NCBI GenBank assembly: GCA_045617585.1
Contig: JAZLIW010000076.1
Coordinates: 1-60,242, forward strand
Source: Eubacteriales bacterium
GTDB lineage: Bacteria; Bacillota; Clostridia; Oscillospirales; CAG-272
Length of the DNA: 60,242 bases
Direction of reading: 5' to 3'
Position 1 is the first letter of the stretch, and every line of letters begins with the position of its first letter. The translations under genes were made by a program, and so were the position numbers. The notes below the pieces were generated by a model. It worked only from the letters and a program-made list of their open reading frames with translations. It searched no databases and was not told the origin of the DNA. Below, in pieces: positions 27,536-39,678 of this stretch.

Positions 27536-28810
27536 TCAGCGAATAACGTCCTTTCCGAAGTACGGGCGAAGGACCTCGGGGATCCGGACGGAGCCGTCCG
27601 CCTGCAGATTGTTCTCAAGGAACGCGATCAGCATACGGGGCGGAGCAACGACCGTGTTATTCAGCGTATGAGGCAGATATTTTCCGTCTTTGCCGTTGAC
27701 GCGGATGCGGAGGCGTCTTGCCTGCGCGTCACCGAGGTTGGAGCAGGAACCGACCTCAAAATATTTCTGCTGTCTCGGAGACCACGCTTCGACGTCGAGA
27801 GAACGCACCTTCAGGTCTGCGAGGTCGCCGGAGCAGCACTCCAGCGTGCGGACCGGGATATCCAGAGAACGGAAGAGGTCCACCGTGTTCTGCCACAGCT
27901 TGTCGAACCACATCTTGGATTCCTCGGGCTTGCAGAGAACGATCATTTCCTGCTTTTCAAACTGATGGATGCGGTAAACGCCGCGTTCCTCGATCCCGTG
28001 TGCGCCTTTTTCTTTGCGGAAGCAGGGAGAATAAGAGGTCAGGGTCAAAGGCAGGGAAGATTCATCCACGATCTGATCGATGAATCTGCCGATCATCGAA
28101 TGCTCAGAGGTACCGATCAGGTACAGATCCTCACCCTCGATCTTGTACATCATGTTGCTCATCTCATCGAAGGACATGACGCCGGTCACGACGTCTGCAC
28201 GGATCATAAAGGGCGGCACCACATAGGTAAAGCCGCGATTGATCATAAAGTCACGCGCGTAGGACAGGATCGAGGAATGGAGACGGGCAATGTCACCGAC
28301 AAGGTAATAGAAGCCGTTTCCGGCAACTCTTCTCGCGCTGTCGAGGTCGATCCCGGCAAAGCGCTCCATGATCTCGGTATGATAGGGGATCTCGAAGTCC
28401 GGGACGACCGGATCGCCGAATTTTTCGATCTCAACGTTCTCACTGTCGTCTTTTCCGATCGGAACGGAGGGATCGATGATGTTCGGGATCGTCATCATGA
28501 TCTTTTTGATCTGTTCCGCAAGCTCTTCTTCCTGCTTTTCGAGTTCGGCAAGGCGATCCGCTGCCGCGGTCACCTTTTTCTTCATTTCCTCGGCTTCTTC
28601 CTTCTTGCCCTGACGCATCAGGTTGCCGATCTCCTTGGAAAAGCGGTTGCGGTCAGCGCGCAGACCGTCGGCCTCACGCTGTGCGGCACGGTTTTTCTCA
28701 TCCAGTGCGATCACTTCGTCAACAAGCGGAAGCTTTCTGTCCTGGAACTTATTTTTGATGTTCTGCCGAACGATATCGGGGTTTTCTCTCAGAAATTTGA
28801 TGTCAAGCAT
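27536..28810 (-). CDS. serS: Serine--tRNA ligase
   Basis: MLDIKFLREN, LIGTSEH, CFRKEKG, YRIHQFEKQE, EVGSCSN, HTLNNT. Confidence 0.97.
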   Translation of the reverse strand: MLDIKFLRENPDIVRQNIKNKFQDRKLPLVDEVIALDEKNRAAQREADGLRADRNRFSKEIGNLMRQGKKEEAEEMKKKVTAAADRLAELEKQEEELAEQIKKIMMTIPNIIDPSVPIGKDDSENVEIEKFGDPVVPDFEIPYHTEIMERFAGIDLDSARRVAGNGFYYLVGDIARLHSSILSYARDFMINRGFTYVVPPFMIRADVVTGVMSFDEMSNMMYKIEGEDLYLIGTSEHSMIGRFIDQIVDESSLPLTLTSYSPCFRKEKGAHGIEERGVYRIHQFEKQEMIVLCKPEESKMWFDKLWQNTVDLFRSLDIPVRTLECCSGDLADLKVRSLDVEAWSPRQQKYFEVGSCSNLGDAQARRLRIRVNGKDGKYLPHTLNNTVVAPPRMLIAFLENNLQADGSVRIPEVLRPYFGKDVIR

Positions 28811-28838
28811 GGGATCTGCTCCTTTTGTTTATCAATAT

Positions 28839-28854
28839 TGTTTCACGTGAAACA
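28839..28854. promoter_or_regulatory. parS site 1
   Basis: Perfect TGTTTCACGTGAAACA palindrome. Confidence 0.95.
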
Positions 28855-29742
28855 TTATTCGTCGAAGATATTGTCTCCGCAGAGATTTTTTACGATCGCT
28901 TCCAGATCCTCGTCCGATTCGTACGAGATCTCGAGCTTTTTGTTCTTTTTACCGGGGTAAATACGTACCGTGCTGCCGAGTTTTCTGCTCATCCGGTTGG
29001 CAAGCTCGCCGTAATAGTCCACTTTGACGTGGACCGGCGTATCCGCGTCTTCCGCCGGCTTTGTTTTCCGGTTATTGATGCGTCTGACCAGTTCTTCGGT
29101 CTCGCGCACGGCCAGGGAGCGGGACGCGACAAGCTCGGCAGTCGCCGGGATCTGCGCCGGGTCTTTCAGCCCGAGGAGCGCTCTGCCGTGACCCGCGGAG
29201 ATCGTTCCTTTTTTCATATAGGAAAGAACTCGTTCCGGAAGCTCCAGCAGACGCATGGAATTTGCCACGGCGGAACGGGACTTACCGACCTTTTCGGAGA
29301 TCTCCGCCTGCGTCATCCCGTACGCTTCCATCAGCGCCGCGTAGGCAGAGGCTTCGTCGATCGGATTCAGGTCCTCACGCTGCAGGTTTTCAACGAGCGC
29401 AAGTTCACTTGCTTTGCGGTCGTCCACGTCCATGATGATGACGGGGACCTCGGTAAGCCCGGCTATCTTGGACGCTCTCCATCTTCTTTCGCCCGCGATA
29501 ATACGGTAATAGCCGTTTGCATCGGCGTTCCGTACCACGATCGGTTGGATCAGCCCGTTCTGAAGGATGGACTGTGCAAGCTCGCTGATCGTTTCCTCGT
29601 CAAAATCTTTTCGCGGCTGATCGGGATTGGGTTCGATCTCGGAAAGGCGCAGAACTCTCGGTCCGCCGCTGTCCTCCATCGAATTGTCAAGAAAAATCGC
29701 ATCCAGGCCCTTACCGAGCCCGGAATTTTTGTTTTTTGCCAT
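28855..29742 (-). CDS. parB: Chromosome partitioning protein ParB/Spo0J
   Basis: GLGKGLDA, PNPDQPRKDF, IIAGERRWRA, ENLQREDLNPIDEA, VGKSRSAVAN. Confidence 0.97.
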   Translation of the reverse strand: MAKNKNSGLGKGLDAIFLDNSMEDSGGPRVLRLSEIEPNPDQPRKDFDEETISELAQSILQNGLIQPIVVRNADANGYYRIIAGERRWRASKIAGLTEVPVIIMDVDDRKASELALVENLQREDLNPIDEASAYAALMEAYGMTQAEISEKVGKSRSAVANSMRLLELPERVLSYMKKGTISAGHGRALLGLKDPAQIPATAELVASRSLAVRETEELVRRINNRKTKPAEDADTPVHVKVDYYGELANRMSRKLGSTVRIYPGKKNKKLEISYESDEDLEAIVKNLCGDNIFDE

Positions 29743-29806
29743 GATTCACCATTGCTTTCACGCGGAAAGCTGCCTTTCTTCGTTTGCGGTTCCGTCAAAA
29801 CGGATT

Positions 29807-30568
29807 TCAGATGCGTTCCATGATTTCCTTGGCGACCTCATTATACGCCTGGCAGCCCTTGCTGTACTTATCGTAATACAAGATCGGCATGCCGTAACTC
29901 GGCGCCTCGGACAGCCGTACGTTCCTTTGGATCGTCGCGGAAAACAGTTTGCTCGCATAATACTTTTTCAGCTCGTCCATGACCTGAAGCGTCAGATTGA
30001 GTCTGCCGTTGTACATCGTGATCAGGATACCGACGATCTGTAATTCCGGATTATAAAGCCGTTTGACCTGCTTGATCGAATACATGAGCTGGGACAGTCC
30101 CTCAAGGGAATAATATTCGCACTGCATCGGTACGATCACGCCGTCGCAGGCAACAAGCGCGTTGACCGTCAGAATCCCGAGAGATGGCGGACAGTCGATC
30201 AGAATGTAATCAAATCCATCTTTTACCGAATCAAGTGCCGCTTTCATGCGGTTTTCACGGTTATCGCTTGAAACCAGCTCAAATTCGGCACCCGCAAGGG
30301 TAATATTGGCAGGCATGACCGAAAGATTCTGGAATTCGGTCTCCATGATGCAGGATGCTGCCGTAGAACGATTGATCAGAGCGTCATACGTTGAGAGTTT
30401 GATGCTTTTTTTATTCACACCGACACCGCTGGAAGAGTTGCCCTGCGGGTCCATATCGACGAGCAGAACGCGTTTTCCCATCGCGCCGAGCGCGGCGGCA
30501 ATATTGACGGCTGACGTCGTTTTTCCGACGCCGCCCTTCTGGTTGGCAAGTGCAATGATCTTGCCCAA
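29807..30568 (-). CDS. parA: Chromosome partitioning ATPase ParA/Soj
   Basis: NQKGGVGKTT, DMDPQGN, IDCPPSLG, EAPSYG; likely TTG start after GGAGGTG. Confidence 0.97.
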   Translation of the reverse strand: MGKIIALANQKGGVGKTTSAVNIAAALGAMGKRVLLVDMDPQGNSSSGVGVNKKSIKLSTYDALINRSTAASCIMETEFQNLSVMPANITLAGAEFELVSSDNRENRMKAALDSVKDGFDYILIDCPPSLGILTVNALVACDGVIVPMQCEYYSLEGLSQLMYSIKQVKRLYNPELQIVGILITMYNGRLNLTLQVMDELKKYYASKLFSATIQRNVRLSEAPSYGMPILYYDKYSKGCQAYNEVAKEIMERI

Positions 30569-30612
30569 AACGTTCACCTCCGTCCACGTTGATTTTTTTC
30601 GTAATTATAATT

Positions 30613-30641
30613 ATTATATCAAACGGAAGTCTTTTTGTCAA
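30613..30641 (-). promoter_or_regulatory. Sigma-A promoter of parAB
   Basis: Perfect TTGACA-17 bp-TATAAT. Confidence 0.85.
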
Positions 30642-30688
30642 CATGGGACAGATGAATTTCTGTAAACTTTCGGTACCGGTGCCGTCAA

Positions 30689-30704
30689 TGTTTCACGTGA
30701 AACA
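30689..30704. promoter_or_regulatory. parS site 2
   Basis: TGTTTCACGTGAAACA within the 20-bp palindrome 30687-30706. Confidence 0.95.
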
Positions 30705-30705
30705 T

Positions 30706-31611
30706 TCAGTGAAGAACAGAGATCAGAAAATCGGTCCTGCCCTCGTTTTCTTCTTTTTCCACCTCGGTCGGGATACCGTTCTCACGCAGAAGAGCGGCTG
30801 AACGTTCTATGGTATTGATAAAAAGCCGTATCCGTGACGACGGCAGCGTCTGACCCCCGCCAAAGGTCCTGTGAAGCTGATATTTTCTGACAAGTTCCGA
30901 CGTCTGCCGTTCGGAAAGGCGTTTTTCCGCTGCCGCACGGAACAGAAGCCGTCTTGCTTTCGGTGAACGGACTGAATTCAGCGCGGCATACTGCTTAACG
31001 GTAAAGTTGGCGTCCCGGACAAGCATTTTTTCCTCTTCCGGCGCGTCGTGATACGCATTCATGACGGAGCCAGTCAGTTCCGCCATGTCAAACAGTTCCG
31101 CGGCTTTTTCTGATGTCCAACCGTATTTCCGCATCAGCAGCGCAGCGTACTCCGCTATTTTCGTCCAGTTTTCAGATCCACCGTCTTTTTCGAGCACGCA
31201 CACCAGTTCCGCGGCGCTTTCCCGTCCGAGATCTGTCATCAGGCAGGGAACGGTCTCCAATCCAAGCAGCAGCGCCGCGCGGAATCTGCAGCTTCCGGAC
31301 ACGATATAATACAAAGGCTTTGATCCGGGTGCTCCGTACGCGTGATCCGAGATCAGGGATACCTCACAGCGGTCCTTCACGGAACAGAGCACTTTTTCTT
31401 CTTCGTCATTGTCCGCGTCTCGCAGCAGCAGAGGTTCCACGATCCCGTATTTCCGGATCGACCCGGCAAGGGAAGCGATCCGTTCCTGCCCAACGTCGGT
31501 CTGCGGCATTTCAGGGTCAAATCCGATCTGATCCACGGGGATCCTTCTGACCGTAGCCAATACATCCCCGTCTTCGTTCGTCCTCGACCTGAATAATTTG
31601 CAGCGTTTCAT
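30706..31611 (-). CDS. Divergent ParB paralog at the noc/yyaA position
   Basis: LAGSIRKYGIVEPLLLR, YIVSGSCRFRAALLLGLETVPC, C-terminal IRLFINTIERS typical of Noc-like proteins; located between rsmG and soj. Confidence 0.75.
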   Translation of the reverse strand: MKRCKLFRSRTNEDGDVLATVRRIPVDQIGFDPEMPQTDVGQERIASLAGSIRKYGIVEPLLLRDADNDEEEKVLCSVKDRCEVSLISDHAYGAPGSKPLYYIVSGSCRFRAALLLGLETVPCLMTDLGRESAAELVCVLEKDGGSENWTKIAEYAALLMRKYGWTSEKAAELFDMAELTGSVMNAYHDAPEEEKMLVRDANFTVKQYAALNSVRSPKARRLLFRAAAEKRLSERQTSELVRKYQLHRTFGGGQTLPSSRIRLFINTIERSAALLRENGIPTEVEKEENEGRTDFLISVLH

Positions 31612-31675
31612 CTGATTTGTCCTCTCTTTTGTTTTTTCCGATTCTAACACAAATGAAACGCGAAAAAGCGCACAA

Positions 31676-31691
31676 TGTTTCACGTGAAACA
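31676..31691. promoter_or_regulatory. parS site 3
   Basis: Perfect TGTTTCACGTGAAACA. Confidence 0.95.
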
Positions 31692-31734
31692 AAAAAAGAA
31701 GAACGGTCGTGCCGTTCTTCTTGCGTAAGCGTCA

Positions 31735-32511
31735 TTATAACGGTTTTTTTGTGATCGCCGCGTAGTCTCTCGGATATCTGTCGTCGGTCTCTCTGATCTT
31801 TTCGATGATGACCACCGACCGTTCGAGCGTTTCACCGTTCCAGCTGAGCGTCAGTTTCTCTTCGGACAGAAACTTCCCGCCGAGCATGTGGATCGCCTTT
31901 TTTGCTTCCTTGCGCTCTTCCTCGGCAAGAAGGCTCTTCATCGCGAGGAACCTACCGCCGACGCGGACGTAGGGAAGGCAGAGTTCACAGAGAACGTTCA
32001 GCCTTGCGACCGCTCTTGCGGTGACTGCGTCAAACTGTTCCCGGAAGGACGGATCCTTTGCGACCGTTTCCGCTCTTCCGGTCATCGCACCCACGTTCGG
32101 GATCCCGACAGAAGCGATCGTCTCCCGCAGGAATCTGACTCTCTTTTCTGTCCCGTCGAGAGCGATCACCCGCAAATCGGGCCGGCAGATCGCTACCGGC
32201 AGCGCGGGGAACCCGGCGCCGCTGCCGATATCGATGATCCGGGCGTTCTCCGGCAAATAGGGCAGGATCGACAGACTGTCCGCAAAATGCTTGAGCGCTA
32301 CGGCGTAGGGCTCTTTGATCGCCGTCAGATTCATATAGCGGTTGACGTCAAGCATCGCGTTTTCAAAGGCGGACAGCTTTTCCGCAGCGCCCTCGGGGAT
32401 CGCGATATGGTTGAATTCCAGGACCTCCCGGATCTCTCCGGTATGGTCGGTCGGAACAAATGTTTCCGGTTCTTTCAAGTTTCGTTCCTTTCCCGGTGTA
32501 TCGCCGGTCAT
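31735..32511 (-). CDS. rsmG: 16S rRNA m7G527 methyltransferase
   Basis: [28 protein letters not shown]. Confidence 0.96.
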   Translation of the reverse strand: MTGDTPGKERNLKEPETFVPTDHTGEIREVLEFNHIAIPEGAAEKLSAFENAMLDVNRYMNLTAIKEPYAVALKHFADSLSILPYLPENARIIDIGSGAGFPALPVAICRPDLRVIALDGTEKRVRFLRETIASVGIPNVGAMTGRAETVAKDPSFREQFDAVTARAVARLNVLCELCLPYVRVGGRFLAMKSLLAEEERKEAKKAIHMLGGKFLSEEKLTLSWNGETLERSVVIIEKIRETDDRYPRDYAAITKKPL

Positions 32512-34424
32512 GATTTTCCGAGCCAGATCAGAAGGACGGACACGTCCGCGGGTGAAACGCCCGAGATCCTTGACGCCTGACCGACGTTCAGCGGTCTGAC
32601 CGCGTTCAGCTTCTGCATCGCTTCCAGGCGCAGACCGCGGATCGTGGTATAGTCAAGGTCCTGCGGCAGCGCTTTTTCCGACAGTTTTGCGCTTCTTGCC
32701 GCTTCCGCAAGCTGCCTTTTGATATATCCGTCGTATTTGATCAGGATCTCAACGCATTCGGTCACTCTGTGGGGGAGAGAAGGCCGTTCGGGATCCAGCG
32801 GCGCCAGCGACGCGTAATTCAGCCCGGGTCTGCGCAGCAGATCCGCAAGTCGGATGCCGGAAACGGCGGGAGGCATCCCGTTTTCCGCAAGCAATCCGTT
32901 CAGAAGCGGGGTAGGAGGTACGACGACGCGTTCCAGCCGCGCGGCTTCCTCCCCGATCATGCGCTGCTTTTCCGTAAATCTGCGGTATCGGTCCTCATTC
33001 ACGAGCCCGACCCGGTAGCCGAGCGGCGTCAGACGGGCGTCTGCGTTGTCCTGCCGGAGAAGCAGACGGTATTCCGACCGTGAGGTCATGATCCGGTAGG
33101 GCTCTTCCGTGCCCTTCGTCACGAGGTCGTCGATCAGCGTTCCGATGTAGGAGCTGTCTCTCGAAAGGATCAGCGGTTCCTCTCCTTTGATTCTGAGTGC
33201 CGCGTTGATCCCGGCGATCAGCCCCTGCGCCGCCGCCTCTTCGTAGCCCGAGGTCCCGTTGAACTGTCCCGCGCCGTAAAAGCCGGATACGGTCTTGCAT
33301 TCGAGCGTGGGATAGAGCTGAAGGGGATCGATACAGTCGTATTCGATCGCGTACGCGGTCCGCATGGTCTCCGCGTGTTCAAAGCCGGGCAGCGTCTTCA
33401 GCATCGCCTGCTGTACGTCCTCCGGCAGGGAAGAGGAGAATCCCTGGAGGTACATTTCTCCGGTTTCCGCGCCCATCGGCTCCACGAACAGCTGATGCCG
33501 TTCTTTGTCGGCAAACCGGACGATCTTCGTTTCGATGGAAGGGCAGTACCGGGGGCCGATCCCGTCGATCAGTCCGTTGAAAAGCGGACTTCTGTCCAGA
33601 TTTTCCCGGATGATGCGGTGCGTTTCCGCGTTGGTATATACGATATGACACGGGACCTGTGTAATTGCGTTCAGCGCCTCCTCGTCCGTATCGGCGGAAA
33701 ACGGCGTGATCGGTGATTCACCCGGCTGTTCTTCCAGAACGGAAAAGTCGATCGAATCGCGCCGGATCCGCGGAGGCGTCCCGGTCTTGAAGCGCATCAG
33801 CCTGAGGCCGGCTTCCTTCAGGGAATCGGAAAAGCCGATCGCAGGCAGCATATCGTCCGGTCCGGAAGGATAGGAGGCGTCTCCCACGATCACCCGCCCG
33901 TTCAGATAGGTCCCGGTGCAGCAAACGACCGCTTTGACGGTCCAGATCCCGCCGAGGCGGGTCATAACGCCGGTCACTTTTTTCCCTTTTTCGTCCTCTT
34001 CGGTCAGAAGAGAGACGATCTCGCTTTGGATCAGGCGCAGATGCTCCGTCTCCTCAAGCGTTTTTTTCATCACGGTCTGATACAGACGCCGGTCCGCCTG
34101 GATCCTCTTGGAATGGACGGCAGGGCCTTTTCCGGCGTTCAGCGTCCTGCCGGACATCGTGACCTTGTCCGCCGCACGGCCCATTTCACCGCCGAGCGCG
34201 TCGATCTCGTAGACCAGATGTCCTTTTCCTGTTCCCCCGATCGAGGGATTGCATGGCATATTTCCGACCGCGTCGAGAGACATGGTGAACAGTACGGTAT
34301 CCAGACCCATTCTCGCGGCGGCGAGCGCCGCCTCGATCCCGGCGTGACCGGCACCGATCACCGCGACGTCAGCCGTCCCGAGGGCGTACCCGGTCGCCTG
34401 ATGGTACAGAGAAGAGATCTCCAT
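32508..34424 (-). CDS. mnmG: tRNA uridine-5-carboxymethylaminomethyl synthesis enzyme
   Basis: [47 protein letters not shown]. Confidence 0.97.
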   Translation of the reverse strand: MEISSLYHQATGYALGTADVAVIGAGHAGIEAALAAARMGLDTVLFTMSLDAVGNMPCNPSIGGTGKGHLVYEIDALGGEMGRAADKVTMSGRTLNAGKGPAVHSKRIQADRRLYQTVMKKTLEETEHLRLIQSEIVSLLTEEDEKGKKVTGVMTRLGGIWTVKAVVCCTGTYLNGRVIVGDASYPSGPDDMLPAIGFSDSLKEAGLRLMRFKTGTPPRIRRDSIDFSVLEEQPGESPITPFSADTDEEALNAITQVPCHIVYTNAETHRIIRENLDRSPLFNGLIDGIGPRYCPSIETKIVRFADKERHQLFVEPMGAETGEMYLQGFSSSLPEDVQQAMLKTLPGFEHAETMRTAYAIEYDCIDPLQLYPTLECKTVSGFYGAGQFNGTSGYEEAAAQGLIAGINAALRIKGEEPLILSRDSSYIGTLIDDLVTKGTEEPYRIMTSRSEYRLLLRQDNADARLTPLGYRVGLVNEDRYRRFTEKQRMIGEEAARLERVVVPPTPLLNGLLAENGMPPAVSGIRLADLLRRPGLNYASLAPLDPERPSLPHRVTECVEILIKYDGYIKRQLAEAARSAKLSEKALPQDLDYTTIRGLRLEAMQKLNAVRPLNVGQASRISGVSPADVSVLLIWLGKS

Positions 34425-37088
34425 TTATTCTTCGCTTTCGTTATCCGGTTCTTCCGCGGTCTCATCCGCGTCCCCGTCTTCGGGAACCTCCGCCGTGACG
34501 TTCCCGGTCTCCTCCGCTTCGTCCGCGTCCGTTTCCGGTGCGGTATCGTTCTTGGAAGCCTCTTCTGCGGCGGCGATCATTTTGTCGATCTCACTGTCGT
34601 CAGGGATCACGGTAAAGTCGGTGACCACGATCCCGCGCTCCCGGTCGGTGCGCATGACGATGACGCCCGAGGCTGTACGGCTGTAATAGGAGATGCCGGA
34701 AACCGGCGTACGGATGATCTTCGGTTCGGAGGACATCAGCATCACGTCCTCGGTCGGAGAAACGGAGGCGATGCCGCAGAGCTTCCCCGTCTTTTCGTTG
34801 ATCCCGTGAACGATCACGCCCTTGCCGCCGCGATGCGCGCAGCGGAAGTCGTCGTAGCTGGTCAGCTTTCCGTAACCGTATTCGGTCACGGTCAGCAGGT
34901 CCTTTTCGGGCTCAACGAGCGCCGCGGAGATGACGTAATCACCCTCCTCCGGACGGATCCCTATGACGCCGCGGGCACTTCTGCCCATTTCACGCACTTC
35001 GGTCACCGGGAAGCGCGTCGCGCTGCCCGACTTCGTCGCGATGATGATCTCGTCGGTCTCTTTGGTATTCAGGACGAAGGTCAGCTCGTCTCCCTCGTCG
35101 AGAGAGATCGCGATCTTGCCGCCCTTTCTCTGATATTCGAATTCGGCGAGCGCGGTCCGTTTGACGGTCCCGTTCTTCGTGACCATCGTCAGATAGGAGC
35201 CGTCCTTCCAGTCGTTGATCGAAACGAGGGCGGTAACGTTCTCCCCGGACTGCAGATCGACGATATTATTGATATGCGTTCCTTTTCCTGTATTGCTCTT
35301 GATCTCGGGAATGGTGAACGCCTTTTTGACGTGTACCTTACCGAGATTGGTAAAGAAGAGCAGGAAGGAGTGGGAATAAACGCCGAACATCTTTTCCACG
35401 TCGTCGGATTCCTTGGTCCCCATCCCCTTGACGCCCATTCCGCCGCGATTCTGTGCAAAATACTCGGCGGAGTTCTGACGCTTGATATATCCGTCGTGCG
35501 TCATCGTGATCAGGCAGGTATGCTTTTCGATCAGGTCCTCGGCAAGCAGCTCGTTCTCCACGGCTTCCAGCCCGGTCCGTCTCGCGTCGCCGAATTTTTC
35601 CTTGATCTCGGTCAGATCCGTACGGATGATATCCCGGACCTTGCTCTCGTCGTGCAGGATCTCTTCGATTTTCTTGATCTGATCCATGAGTCCGGCAAGC
35701 GTATCCTCGATCTTTTTGCGCTCCAATCCGGCAAGACGGCCGAGAGGCATCTCCACGATCGCCTGCGCCTGCATATCGGAAAGGCCTTCTTTTCCGCCCT
35801 CTCCGATCAGATTGTCCACGTCGTCGGCAGTAAAGGCGCGCATCAGCGCTTCCTTTGCCTCCTGAACGGAGCCGGACGCGCGGATGATGCGGATCACCTC
35901 ATCGATATTGTCGATCGCGATCCGGTATCCTTCGTTGATATGCGCGTCGTGCAGCGCGCGCTTCAGCTCATACTGCGTCCGTCTCGTGATCACGTCTACC
36001 TGATGGGCAACGTAGACCTCGAGGATCTGCTTCAGGTTCAGAATCTTCGGTTCCCCGTTGACCAGCGCCAGCATCACGGCGGCAAAGGTATCCTGCAGCT
36101 GCGTGAATTTATAGAGCTGATTCAGGATGATCTGTCCGTTCGCGTCCTTGCGGAAGTCAACGACGATCCGCATCCCGTCCATTCCGGATTCGTCGTTGAT
36201 ATTGGTAATGCCCTCGATGCGCTTGTCCTTGACGCATTCCGCCATTGCCTGCACCAGATTGACTTTGTTAACCTGATACGGGATCTCGGTGATGATGATC
36301 TGGTGCTTTTCCTCGTCGACCGTCGCCTTGGAACGGACGGTGATGCGTCCGCGGCCGGTCATATAGGTCTCGGTGATCCCGGCGGTACCGTAGATCGTCG
36401 CCCCGGTCGGGAAGTCAGGACCTTTGATAAAGGTCATGAGGTCCTGAATCGTGGCTTCCGGATGATCCATCAGATAGATCGCGCCGTCGATGACCTCGAC
36501 GAGGTTGTGCGGCGGGATATTGGTCGCCATACCGACCGCGATGCCGACCGATCCGTTGACCAGCAGGTTCGGGAAACGGCTCGGGAGAACGTGAGGCTCC
36601 TTCAGTTTATTGTCAAAGTTGGGATCCCAGTCCACGACGTCCTTCTTGATGTCGGAAAGCATGAGTTCCGCGATCTTCGCCATTCTCGCCTCGGTATAAC
36701 GGTATGCCGCCGCGGGGTCGCCGTCCACGGAACCGAAGTTCCCGTGCCCGTCCACCAGCGGATATCTCATGGAGAAGGGCTGGGCAAGGCGCACCATCGC
36801 GTCGTAAACCGAAGAGTCACCGTGCGGATGATAGCTGCCGAGCACGTTGCCGACCGTCGTCGCGGACTTGCGGAACGGCTTGTCGCAGGTCAGCCCGTCC
36901 TCGAACATGGAATACAGAATGCGGCGATGGACCGGCTTGAGTCCGTCCTTCGCGTCGGGAAGCGCACGGGACACGATGACAGACATCGCATAGTCGAGGA
37001 AGTTTTTTCGTACCTCCCGCTCCATCGGGACCTCTACGATCTTCTGATTCGGAAACTCAAAGGTTTCTTCCGTCTCATTCTTTTTCAC
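34425..37088 (-). CDS. gyrA: DNA gyrase subunit A
   Basis: [24 protein letters not shown], GyrA-box QNRGGMG, acidic tail. Confidence 0.97.
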   Translation of the reverse strand: MKKNETEETFEFPNQKIVEVPMEREVRKNFLDYAMSVIVSRALPDAKDGLKPVHRRILYSMFEDGLTCDKPFRKSATTVGNVLGSYHPHGDSSVYDAMVRLAQPFSMRYPLVDGHGNFGSVDGDPAAAYRYTEARMAKIAELMLSDIKKDVVDWDPNFDNKLKEPHVLPSRFPNLLVNGSVGIAVGMATNIPPHNLVEVIDGAIYLMDHPEATIQDLMTFIKGPDFPTGATIYGTAGITETYMTGRGRITVRSKATVDEEKHQIIITEIPYQVNKVNLVQAMAECVKDKRIEGITNINDESGMDGMRIVVDFRKDANGQIILNQLYKFTQLQDTFAAVMLALVNGEPKILNLKQILEVYVAHQVDVITRRTQYELKRALHDAHINEGYRIAIDNIDEVIRIIRASGSVQEAKEALMRAFTADDVDNLIGEGGKEGLSDMQAQAIVEMPLGRLAGLERKKIEDTLAGLMDQIKKIEEILHDESKVRDIIRTDLTEIKEKFGDARRTGLEAVENELLAEDLIEKHTCLITMTHDGYIKRQNSAEYFAQNRGGMGVKGMGTKESDDVEKMFGVYSHSFLLFFTNLGKVHVKKAFTIPEIKSNTGKGTHINNIVDLQSGENVTALVSINDWKDGSYLTMVTKNGTVKRTALAEFEYQRKGGKIAISLDEGDELTFVLNTKETDEIIIATKSGSATRFPVTEVREMGRSARGVIGIRPEEGDYVISAALVEPEKDLLTVTEYGYGKLTSYDDFRCAHRGGKGVIVHGINEKTGKLCGIASVSPTEDVMLMSSEPKIIRTPVSGISYYSRTASGVIVMRTDRERGIVVTDFTVIPDDSEIDKMIAAAEEASKNDTAPETDADEAEETGNVTAEVPEDGDADETAEEPDNESEE

Positions 37089-37120
37089 GTTGTATCTTAC
37101 CTTTCGTTGTTCTCATATCA

Positions 37121-37382
37121 TGTGGAAAACGTTTCTTCGCCGTACGGTGGAAAAACCGCATTTTTTCTTTTTTTCCCTTTTTCCGGGAAAAAAATCAGGA
37201 TCACGACGGAATGCCGTGGATTGTTTTCCCTGTGGATTGTCGGATATCTTCTGTACGGCGGGTGCGTCTTCCTTATTTTCCACAAGTGAAAATCGGCTGA
37301 TTTCAGGCAAATCTCACGTTTTCCACAGACTGTTTGTGGATATTGTGGAGAATGGTCTCACTGCCGTCCGAATTGTGGAAAA
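37121..37382. promoter_or_regulatory. DnaA-box cluster in the gyrB-gyrA spacer
   Basis: One-mismatch boxes at 37121, 37276, 37319, 37335, 37344 and 37374; two-mismatch boxes at 37146 and 37231. Confidence 0.8.
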
Positions 37383-37404
37383 CCGGAACGGATGTCGTTA
37401 AATA

Positions 37405-39372
<1,968 letters not shown>

Positions 39373-39386
39373 TTATCGTTTTCGGT

Positions 39387-39656
39387 TCATACCGTTTCGT
39401 CCGCGTCGTTCTCGGTGAACGCGGACGTTCTGCCGAGCAGCCGTTTGGACGAGATCTGCGAAAAAATGATCTTACCGTCTTCCGTGAGAATGAAGGACTT
39501 CGGGATCTCCTCCGCGGCAAATTCCGTGTCTCCTTCTTTTTCGCGTCTTTTGAGATAGCTTCGCGTCACCGCGGAGGCAGACGCGGTATCGAGATCAAAG
39601 ATCCCGATGATCTGTCTGGTCCTGACGTTTCTGTGATTTCCGATGTGAAGATACAT
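39387..39656 (-). CDS. remB: RemB/DUF370 family protein
   Basis: MYLHIG..IIGIFDL..PKSFIL; conserved position between recF and gyrB. Confidence 0.9.
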   Translation of the reverse strand: MYLHIGNHRNVRTRQIIGIFDLDTASASAVTRSYLKRREKEGDTEFAAEEIPKSFILTEDGKIIFSQISSKRLLGRTSAFTENDADETV

Positions 39657-39678
39657 ATTTCCGTTCCTTCCGTGTCTT

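Noticed and set aside
31612-31692. ORF-track N-terminal extension MFHVKH of the ParB-like gene
   Set aside because: It is the translated parS palindrome; the RBS supports ATG 31611.
34026-37289. 1087-aa plus-strand ORF, and similar long ORFs at 10577-12706, 14925-17834, 18384-21308, 22230-24569, 53490-55325 and 58549-60174
   Set aside because: They are antisense shadows of well-supported genes; codon bias in GC-rich genes suppresses stops on the opposite strand, and they carry no recognisable motifs.
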